From the NCBI GenBank assembly GCA_902592615.1, contig CACJFI010000003.1, positions 45,898 to 109,897 of the forward strand: DNA of 64,000 bases. Direction: 5' to 3'. This DNA comes from an uncultured SAR116 cluster alpha proteobacterium. Its GTDB lineage: Bacteria; Pseudomonadota; Alphaproteobacteria; Puniceispirillales; Marisalimonadaceae. This document shows, piece after piece, positions 10,161 to 17,197 of this stretch. Each line of letters opens with the position of its first letter. Position 1 is the stretch's first letter. A program made the position numbers and the translations under genes. The notes beneath the pieces were generated by a model, which did no database searches, was not told the origin of the DNA, and was given only the letters and a program-made list of their open reading frames with translations.

Positions 10161-10335
10161 ATAATAATCTTATTAACTTTTTATTTTTTTGTAAGTATCT
10201 TTATTGCATTTATAGATTATGATTAGTGACTAGAAAAAAAGGGGTATAGGTGTTTGAAAAAGGTGTGAATACTAAGTTTTGACACAGATTTGACACAGTA
10301 AGGCAGTGAAATGTATACTAACTAGAGGTGGAAAT

Positions 10336-10482
10336 ATGATACAAAATTATATTAACTGGGAAAAAAAACAAATAGATTGGTGGAAAGAAAAACTTGGTGT
10401 TTCCGACCATGGAGTTGCCTGGATATCATTTATCAAGGGTATTTTAGTAGGATTGTTAGTTTATCACTTTTTTATAGTTTAA
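10336..10482 (+). CDS. Small membrane protein, 48 aa (MIQNYINWEKKQIDWWKEKLGVSDHGVAWISFIKGILVGLLVYHFFIV)
   Basis: Hand-translated; GAGGTGG ribosome-binding site upstream; C-terminal TM helix; below the ORF-track size cutoff. Confidence 0.65.
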   Translation: MIQNYINWEKKQIDWWKEKLGVSDHGVAWISFIKGILVGLLVYHFFIV

Positions 10483-10893
10483 GATTTAAAAGGTAGTTAA
10501 ATATTATGAGTAAAGATTTTAAGATTTTTTTGTGTGTGGTTAGTTTTTGATTTTGTTAAAAGGTTATATATTTTTTAATATAAACCCTGCTATGTTCCTT
10601 AACCCTATAATAAATTAATATTGGTAAATTTAACCCTACTCCAAAAAATTCAAAAGTATATTAGGTATGGTTGTTACTTTATTATTTTTTTAATGTTAAT
10701 TTTTATTTGGATTAGATTTTCTTATGTGATTCATTTTTAGAAAAAATATAAAGTTCCAAGAATTAACAAAACCCAGAAAATATAAAGTGATTGAGGGTAA
10801 AAAAACTGATACAACTAATGAAGTAATGAAATTTGTTTCTAAAAGAAACAGAGTAAAAAAAAAGCAGCAGCGAGTATAGAATATGAGGACAAC

Positions 10894-10950
10894 TTATTTC
10901 ATCAGTTCAATCCAATCCGTAACAGTGGAATAGATTTAAAAGTACTATCT
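10894..10950 (+). repeat. att-like site 3: left arm A, core TCCGTAACAGTGGAATAG (10916-10933), right arm C
   Basis: Left arm TTATTTCATCAGTTC matches the inverted right arm of site 2 at 13/15; right half matches the inverted left half of site 4 at 21/27. Confidence 0.85.
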
Positions 10951-11264
10951 TTGAATACAAATTTTATTTTAGATTTCAAATTGTAATCCAAACTAACAAA
11001 TTAGGTGTATTTCGGATAGGAAATGAAAGACTTAAAAGATTAGACTTAATTTATAATCTTCACAAAAACGGTTTAACTAATAAAGAGATTTGTGAATTTC
11101 TTTCGTTAAGAAAACTGAAGACCTTTAGAACTAGAGAAGAATATACACCTAAGTTAATTTGGGGAACAATTCAGAAATACAAAAAGAGATTACAAAGAAA
11201 CAAAGATAAAATATTATTTATCAGAGAAAGTTTGTATGTAGAGAAATTTTGGAAAAATAAATAA
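10923..11264 (+). CDS. Third Recombinase-domain-like open frame (113 codons, no canonical start codon)
   Basis: Hand-translated ...FQIVIQTNKLG...LIYNLHKNGLTNKEICEFLSLRKLKTFRTREEYTPKLIWGTIQKYKKRL...; same layout as the other copies; absent from the ORF track. Confidence 0.6.
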   Translation, partial: QWNRFKSTIFEYKFYFRFQIVIQTNKLGVFRIGNERLKRLDLIYNLHKNGLTNKEICEFLSLRKLKTFRTREEYTPKLIWGTIQKYKKRLQRNKDKILFIRESLYVEKFWKNK

Positions 11265-11302
11265 AATTTGATATACTTATTAAATATTATTGGAGTTATA
11301 TT

Positions 11303-11485
11303 ATGTATAAGTTTTTATTAATAATTTTTCTATTAATACCGTATCTTTCATTGTCTGACCAATATTACTTGAATTTGGGTGGTGGAACTTTCATGAATAT
11401 GGATACAGGATCTCTTATTATGGACATGGGAGGAGGAACCTCTATGGACATGGACACAGGTGATTTGATATTTAAATATGATTAA
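11303..11485 (+). CDS. Small secreted protein with duplicated GGGTxMxMDTGxLI motif
   Basis: Signal-peptide-like N-terminus; internal 16-aa repeat; GGAG RBS upstream. Confidence 0.65.
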   Translation: MYKFLLIIFLLIPYLSLSDQYYLNLGGGTFMNMDTGSLIMDMGGGTSMDMDTGDLIFKYD

Positions 11486-11491
11486 ATAATG

Positions 11492-11530
11492 ACATAGTAA
11501 CTTTGAATCTATTCCGTTACTGTTGAATAA
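11492..11530 (+). repeat. att-like site 4: left arm C plus core TCCGTTACTGTTGAATAA (11513-11530)
   Basis: Core encodes SVTVE-stop; left half is the inverted counterpart of the right half of site 3. Confidence 0.82.
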
Positions 11531-11652
11531 ATCATTGATTTCATTGAATAAATTTACCATAAAAAATGGTAAGATAGAATATTTTGTGAGTATATTTGTT
11601 TGATATTTTTTTTTGATATTTACAAACTTATTTATTTATTCAAACTAATTTA

Positions 11653-12372
11653 ATGCGGTATTTTAATTACACTATTTTATTAATTTTCTTTTTGTATGGA
11701 ACTGGTTGTAAAACATCTCAATTAACAAACTCGCTATCTAATGATAAAAATTGGAATATTTCATATCGAGTAAATTGTTATTTACCAAGTTTAGACTCAG
11801 CACAAACTATATCTGAAAATGGAAACAATTTTTTACGATTTACTTTAAATAGATTTGATAGAGGTAATTGCCCAAGCGATAGAAAAAAAATGGGTAAAAA
11901 TTTTTTTAGAGAGAGAGCGGAATTTAGGTCTGATAGAGTTTTAAAAGGAAAGAATGAAATTAGTTTTAAAATAAGATTTGTAGAAGGTTTTGTAGGATTA
12001 AATGAACATTTTTCTCAAATACATTCTAAATATAATGGGTGTGGGAAAGAGGCATTACAATTTTCTTTTGATTATGGACGACTAGTAGTGATATCAAAAT
12101 TAGGTGGAAGATATTACCCTAGTTTAAATAACCGAGAAATAAGAATTAATGATATTATTGGTAAATGGCAAAGATTTAAGATTATTTTAGACGATGATAG
12201 TAAAAAATTTTCACTTTTAATGAACGACAAGTTAATTTTAAAAGATGGTGTTTTTGATTATTTATCGTGTGGTGTTCCAACGTTTCGTTTTGGAGTTTAT
12301 AGAGATCACAGTTTTAGTGCCAAAACATCAATTGTTGATTTTGATGAAATTCAAATTAAAAACATTCAATAG
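11653..12372 (+). CDS. Polysaccharide-lyase-like (beta-jelly-roll) putative lipoprotein
   Basis: Lipobox-like GTGC; RERAEF, FSQIH and FRFGVYR motifs resembling the polysaccharide lyase / heparin lyase I-like family. Confidence 0.55.
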   Translation: MRYFNYTILLIFFLYGTGCKTSQLTNSLSNDKNWNISYRVNCYLPSLDSAQTISENGNNFLRFTLNRFDRGNCPSDRKKMGKNFFRERAEFRSDRVLKGKNEISFKIRFVEGFVGLNEHFSQIHSKYNGCGKEALQFSFDYGRLVVISKLGGRYYPSLNNREIRINDIIGKWQRFKIILDDDSKKFSLLMNDKLILKDGVFDYLSCGVPTFRFGVYRDHSFSAKTSIVDFDEIQIKNIQ

Positions 12373-12789
12373 TCAATAAAGAAAACCCTCAAACATATTA
12401 ATCAAAGTCTTATCAACCACCTCCAAACTAAAATCAGACCTTACCTCTGGATACTCTTTTTCTAACTTTTCATCTTTCAGTCTTTTTTTCTTCACTATGG
12501 AATGAACATAATTACCTTTGAACTTCTTTCTACGAACAGATAGGTAACCTTTCTTATTTAACCACTCTGCGATTTGGTCAAAGGTTTTGCCTTTTTCTCT
12601 TTGTACAGTAATTGTCTCATATAGAAAGAATTGGTATTGAGAATATTGTGGTACATTAAAAGGTGGACGGCGGTAAGTTATGCTGAAAAAGAAAAAAACA
12701 TCTCCTGAAAAAAACTCCCCACTACACCGCACAAACGATACCGTGGAATAGGTTCCTTTTCCACATTTCTTTAAAACCTGTAAATTCAA
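12373..12789 (-). CDS. Fourth Recombinase-domain protein, inverted orientation; start uncertain
   Basis: GKTFDQIAEWLNKKGYLSVRRKKFKGNYVHSIVKK fits the PF07508-like pattern; frame runs through site 5. Confidence 0.68.
   Translation of the reverse strand: MNLQVLKKCGKGTYSTVSFVRCSGEFFSGDVFFFFSITYRRPPFNVPQYSQYQFFLYETITVQREKGKTFDQIAEWLNKKGYLSVRRKKFKGNYVHSIVKKKRLKDEKLEKEYPEVRSDFSLEVVDKTLINMFEGFLY
12734..12768 (+). repeat. att-like site 5: partial core ACCGTGGAATAG (TVE-stop) plus right arm B GTTCCTTTTCCACATTT
   Basis: Right half nearly identical to the right half of site 6; arm inverted at 14212-14228 (15/17); left half atypical (AACGAT). Confidence 0.8.
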
Positions 12790-13103
12790 TGAGTTATTAG
12801 GAAATTTTTTAAGTTCCTAGATCTTTAATAAATATAATTTTAATCAAATTATTTATTTAAATTTTTAATTGTCTAAGATCATATTAAGTCATCTACGTAA
12901 GAATTGTATAACATTGGTCTATTTTAATATTAATTGTGTAAAATAGGATGATTTTTGTTTAGTAAATGGGTTCAGTTTTAGAGAGTTTTTGGACAATTAA
13001 CTAGGTTTACTGTAAACATTAAAGTATGTGGAACGTTTATAAGAAATTTCTAATGATGGTTGGGGTAAGTATAATTTTCGTTTTTATTCTTTATTCGTTA
13101 TGA
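12752..13103 (+). repeat. About 350 bp direct repeat, copy 1 (copy 2 at 14251-14602)
   Basis: Colinear at a constant offset of 1499 bp at every checked block; near-identical first 47 bp. Confidence 0.85.
13026..13103 (+). CDS. 25 aa hydrophobic micro-protein MWNVYKKFLMMVGVSIIFVFILYSL
   Basis: Conserved in length and frame in the second repeat copy (19/25 aa identical) with synonymous changes. Confidence 0.65.
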   Translation: MWNVYKKFLMMVGVSIIFVFILYSL

Positions 13104-13110
13104 TTAAAGT

Positions 13111-13893
13111 ATGAAACATTTTGATTCATTATTAAATTCTATAATTTTACATATCCCTCATTCCTCAAAATTAATTCCTGAAGAATATATTAGTTATTTT
13201 TACTTAAACAAAAATGAATTAGACCAGGAAATAAATGTAATGACTGATCATTTCACTGATGATTTATTTAACGTTAAAGGTACAAATATTCCTTCAATTA
13301 AATTTCCAGTGTCAAGATTACTTGTCGATCCAGAGAGATTTGAAATGGATCAAAATGAACCAATGAGTAAAGTTGGTATTGGGTGTTTATATGAAAAGAC
13401 CAGTTACGGGAAGAAACTTAAAGAAGTTGAAAATATTAGAGAAAAACTTTTAGAAGAATTTTACAGACCACACCATAAAAAATTAGAAAGTTTAATTAAA
13501 TTAAAATTAAATAATTATGAGAATATTATTATTATTGATTGTCATAGTTTTCCTAAAAATAGATTACCATATGAAAAAAGTAAGGAACAAAATAGACCTG
13601 AGATATGTATTGGAACAGATGATTTTCATACTCCAGAAAAGTTAAAAAATTTCTTAACAAACAAATTTAGAGATTTTGATTTTAGTGTAGATATTAACAC
13701 TCCATTTAGTGGTTCAATTGTTCCTAATTCTTATTATAATTTAGAAAAAAGAGTAATATCAATAATGATTGAGGTGAGAAGGGATTTATATATAGACGAA
13801 AATATTTTTGTTAAAAATGAAAATTATAATAAAATTAAAAATATCTTAAACAAGATTATTAAATCTGTTGAATTAGATTATTTAAATGAATAG
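13111..13893 (+). CDS. N-formylglutamate amidohydrolase family protein
   Basis: HIPHSS, TDHFTD, SRLLVDPER, DCHSFP, NTPFSG and MIEVRRDLY motifs. Confidence 0.88.
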   Translation: MKHFDSLLNSIILHIPHSSKLIPEEYISYFYLNKNELDQEINVMTDHFTDDLFNVKGTNIPSIKFPVSRLLVDPERFEMDQNEPMSKVGIGCLYEKTSYGKKLKEVENIREKLLEEFYRPHHKKLESLIKLKLNNYENIIIIDCHSFPKNRLPYEKSKEQNRPEICIGTDDFHTPEKLKNFLTNKFRDFDFSVDINTPFSGSIVPNSYYNLEKRVISIMIEVRRDLYIDENIFVKNENYNKIKNILNKIIKSVELDYLNE

Positions 13894-13908
13894 AGAGATA
13901 AAACCTTA

Positions 13909-14133
13909 ATGAGAAAAGAAATTAAATTATTTTTTATAAGTCTTCTACTATGTTCTTTTTTTTATAAAACAACATATTCTGAAGAAAAAAAATTTAATTA
14001 TGATCAACATAAAGAACAACTTATTAAAAAAAAACTTTTACTAAATTCATTTAAAAAATGTGAAGAATATATTAATGAAACATCTGTTGAATTGTTTTTG
14101 AATTGTAGTGATAAAAATAAAAAAAATAAATGA
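13909..14133 (+). CDS. Small secreted hypothetical protein
   Basis: Signal-peptide-like N-terminus; degenerate second copy at 15183. Confidence 0.55.
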   Translation: MRKEIKLFFISLLLCSFFYKTTYSEEKKFNYDQHKEQLIKKKLLLNSFKKCEEYINETSVELFLNCSDKNKKNK

Positions 14134-14134
14134 A

Positions 14135-14212
14135 ATGAAATTATTTTATAAAGTTTTAAGTGTAGAAACTCTATTCTGGATTTCTTTAATTGGATTGTTT
14201 GTATGGTTTTAA
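14135..14212 (+). CDS. 25 aa hydrophobic peptide MKLFYKVLSVETLFWISLIGLFVWF
   Basis: Hand-translated; ends at the left arm of site 6; truncated remnant at about 15409. Confidence 0.45.
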   Translation: MKLFYKVLSVETLFWISLIGLFVWF

Positions 14213-14267
14213 AATGTGGAAAACAAACTCAATCCGTCACCGTGGAGTAGGTTCCTTTTCCACATTT
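14212..14267 (+). repeat. att-like site 6: left arm B, core TCCGTCACCGTGGAGTAG (14233-14250), right arm B
   Basis: AAATGTGGAAAA ... TTTTCCACATTT perfect 12 bp inverted repeat symmetric about AC 14239-14240; core encodes SVTVE-stop. Confidence 0.88.
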
Positions 14268-14602
14268 CTTAAAAACTTGTAAATTCAATGAGTTATTTGA
14301 TGTCTTTTTAGAATTTAAGATCTTTTAAAACTAAATTTTAAATTTCAGTTTCCATTTTTAATCTAATTTCTTAGAGAACATACTGAGACATTTTAGTTAA
14401 CTAAGTTTAACATTAATAAGAATAGTCACTAATTGTATAAAATAGGGTTATTTAATTTAAGTAGATGGGTTAATCTCCGGAGTATTTTAAAGTGTTATTT
14501 TGATCACACTGTAAGGATTAAGATATGTGGGAAGTTTATAAAAAGTTTCTAATTATGATTGGTTTAAGTATCATTTTCGTTTTTTTCTTATATTTTTTAT
14601 AA
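14251..14602 (+). repeat. About 350 bp direct repeat, copy 2
   Basis: Homologous to 12752-13103. Confidence 0.85.
14525..14602 (+). CDS. 25 aa hydrophobic micro-protein MWEVYKKFLIMIGLSIIFVFFLYFL
   Basis: Paralogue of 13026-13103; AAGGA RBS upstream. Confidence 0.65.
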   Translation: MWEVYKKFLIMIGLSIIFVFFLYFL

Positions 14603-14899
14603 ATAGTTTTTAAAATCATCTGACATTACAATATCTGCTTCTCCACCTACTGCAGACATAATTGCTCCCATATCATTAAATTCTTTAGACACTTTTTGCC
14701 AATCTTTTCTACCTTTATCGAAGTGTTTTTTTGAGAGCCAATATTTAACATAGACAACAGTTGACTCAGATGTGTCAATGGTTGTTTCTTTTATAAGGCC
14801 AACTCTCATTTGTTCATCTCTCACTTCTTTATTTAATAATTTTAATGCTTTTTTTGCTCTTTCATTGGGACACTTTATTGTAACAATTCTTATATACAT
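14597..14899 (-). CDS. Hypothetical protein, possible dimeric alpha-beta barrel (ABM-like) fold
   Basis: 100 aa; beta-alpha-beta pattern with YVKYWLSKKHFD. Confidence 0.5.
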   Translation of the reverse strand: MYIRIVTIKCPNERAKKALKLLNKEVRDEQMRVGLIKETTIDTSESTVVYVKYWLSKKHFDKGRKDWQKVSKEFNDMGAIMSAVGGEADIVMSDDFKNYL

Positions 14900-15182
14900 T
14901 TCAGAAACTCTTATTAATTTTAAAATAGTATATATTGTTTATCACTATTAGAATAAATTCAATGGGAATTATCTATACTTATTTGATTTAGGCAATTTTT
15001 AAAAGAATTTATCATGATGATCAAATTAAGTGCTATTTTTATTATTTATTCGTTTTAAATTGAATAAACATTGTAGAAGTTGATATTGGCATTTGGTTTG
15101 AAATTACTATAATTTCTTTAATTTTCTCATTTTTTGTAACTATGTATAGTGTTTTAAAAAAAATAGATAAAAACAAAATAAA

Positions 15183-15450
15183 TTGACAAAAAAACTGAAA
15201 TTAATTTTACAAGTCTCCTATTATGTTCTTTTCTTCTTAAAACAACGTATTCTGAACAAAAAAAATTTAATTATGATCAACATAAAGAAAAACTTATTGA
15301 AAAAAAAACTTTTACTAAATTCATTTAAAAAGTGTGAAGAATATATTAATGAAACATCAGTTGAATTATTTTTGAATTTTAGTCATGAAAATGACAAAGA
15401 AAAATAAAACGAAATTATTTTATAAGGTAATTAGTATTGAAACTCATTTT
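15183..15450 (+). pseudogene. Degenerate copy of 13909-14133 and the start of 14135-14212
   Basis: High DNA similarity; compensating frameshifts scramble the middle; downstream peptide ATG mutated to ACG and truncated. Confidence 0.75.
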
Positions 15451-15568
15451 TGTTGTAACACTTACAGTCTTACATCTGTGTTTATCGTTAAGAAAAAAAT
15501 GGTTTAACTACAAAAAGGAAACATGATAAGCGCTTTCTCGAATACTAAATTTATGAATGCATATGAAT

Positions 15569-16456
15569 TTAATCTGCAGTTTCTGTTCCGCTAGCTGAAA
15601 GTGGCACTTGCATTAGGTCTTCTCCTAGGACAATTGTGCCAGAAAAGATTTCAGCCATTTCAGAAACCATACGTTCCTTCACGCCCGGCTTGTCGAGAAT
15701 AGGTAGAAAATGAGTTAAGACTAAGATATCCACTTCTGCTCGTTTAGCAGTCTCCGCATTGTCGAGATGAGAACCAGACATCTGCCGATAATCGGGTGTT
15801 AACTCAGTCCCTGAGAGGAAGTGGTTCATGTGAATGAGAACATTAGCTCCTTTGGCAAAATCAATGAATGGACTGTATATCCCTCCATTGTCTCCTGAGT
15901 AAACCACTGTGCCAGCATCTGTCTCGACACGATATGAAAGACAATTCAGATCTGGCTGCACATGTCGGGCCGGCCCCACCTTAATTAGCCAATCTGCTCC
16001 CTCAATAACATCACCTTGTGCGACCTGCGTCAGTTTAGGATCAGGGCGTGGACGATCGCCGAAACCACCTCTTGCGTGATAAACCGCAATAGATGCTGGG
16101 CTTTGAGTGCGCGCTGCAATATCTAGCGCAAAAGCACCAGAAGGCCCAATGAAACGGTCGTTTATCTTCTGTAATGGGTCTGGACCATAAACTTTCAGAG
16201 GTTCGACTTCGTCACCACCATGATCCCAACGGGTCAGCACAAGCCTCGGGTAATCCATGATATGGTCGTAGTGATAATGAGTTGCCAGAAAGTGCGTGAC
16301 GTCTGTGGCCCTATATCCAGCTTCCAAAAGTCGTTGATGGGCACCTGGCCCATGATCCATAACGACAATATCATTGCCAAAGTCAAAGACATAACCAGAG
16401 CTTGCTCGCCTTAAAGATGGAGCTGGTGTGCCTGTACCAAGTAAAGTGATTTTCAT
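15569..16456 (-). CDS. MBL-fold metallo-hydrolase (RNase Z / arylsulfatase-like)
   Basis: LLGTGTP, THYHYDH (HxHxDH), YSGD and LVLTHF motifs; GC much higher than flanks. Confidence 0.88.
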   Translation of the reverse strand: MKITLLGTGTPAPSLRRASSGYVFDFGNDIVVMDHGPGAHQRLLEAGYRATDVTHFLATHYHYDHIMDYPRLVLTRWDHGGDEVEPLKVYGPDPLQKINDRFIGPSGAFALDIAARTQSPASIAVYHARGGFGDRPRPDPKLTQVAQGDVIEGADWLIKVGPARHVQPDLNCLSYRVETDAGTVVYSGDNGGIYSPFIDFAKGANVLIHMNHFLSGTELTPDYRQMSGSHLDNAETAKRAEVDILVLTHFLPILDKPGVKERMVSEMAEIFSGTIVLGEDLMQVPLSASGTETAD

Positions 16457-16647
16457 TGTTCTTCACCCTTATAGTTACTCAATTCCCAGTAATTAACAAA
16501 TCCATTATTTTTAAATAAACGAGTTGAATTATAATGCAAAGTTGAAGATTCTGACTTGGTACTAGTAATCTCAATCCATTTAGAAAAACTGTAATATGGA
16601 AAAGTCACTGAGAATAAGAATATAAATGTGATTGGAAAATTTCTCAT
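16453..16647 (-). pseudogene. Probable truncated secreted protein (surface-adhesin-E-like N-terminus)
   Basis: Signal peptide then KWIEI...NGFVNYWEL; ends abruptly where the GC-rich MBL gene begins. Confidence 0.4.
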
Positions 16648-17197
16648 AAGTTATTTTAACAAATAATTAAATTAAAACAAATCTATTTCCTTTTATAAAT
16701 TGGACATAATTTGATGCCTTAAGAAAAGCGCATACTGGTGGAGAAAAACATAATTATATTTATTTAGGTCATCAAAATTTTGAAGGTTTTAACATAATTC
16801 TGCAATGCGAAAATATTATAATGTTAAACCAAATAATATAACATAATTTTTAACTGTGAAATAAATTTATAGAGATATATGGTAGTTATTGACTATATAT
16901 TAAATTCAATTTTAAAAATAAAATTAAAAACTTATCCTTTAAAAATCACATACTTGAAGATAATTTAAATTAAAACTTATGAAAAGTTTATCTGACAACG
17001 GTATATCTATTAATCAAGTATCTAATTTATAAAACAAATATAGTATTAAAACTTTTAAAGTATCAATTTGGATTCTAAAATTAGTTTATATTGATAGACA
17101 AAAATATTTAAAAGGATTGAAAAGATTAGAGTATTTCAAATAATTAATGTAGAAGAATATTTATTAACTAAGTCAGTAAAGATTTTGAGTAATTAGT

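Larger units (their letters stand above)
7605..14267. mobile_element. Tandem array of small integrative units bounded by copies of the glmS 3' end; accessory island continues to about 18200
   Basis: Six SVTVE-stop type cores (7605, 9181, 10916, 11513, 12734, 14233) with unit-specific inverted arms; four recombinase-domain ORFs; variable cargo. Confidence 0.8.

Noticed and set aside
10500-10880. Fragments of small hydrophobic ORFs in unit 2
   Set aside because: Interrupted by stops and frameshifts; boundaries and products cannot be supported.
7605-14267. CRISPR array or classical integron
   Set aside because: Repeats are 0.6-1.7 kb apart and contain genes; there is no cas or intI gene; the sites lack the RYYYAAC...GTTRRRY attC ends.
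7605-14267. XerC/D dif-module array
   Set aside because: The arms do not resemble the 11-6-11 dif consensus (TTATGTTAAAT) and differ between units.
16847-16864. Possible seventh degenerate core TTTTTAACTGTGAAATAA
   Set aside because: Encodes FLTVK-stop, has no matching arm B to its left, and could arise by chance in very AT-rich DNA.
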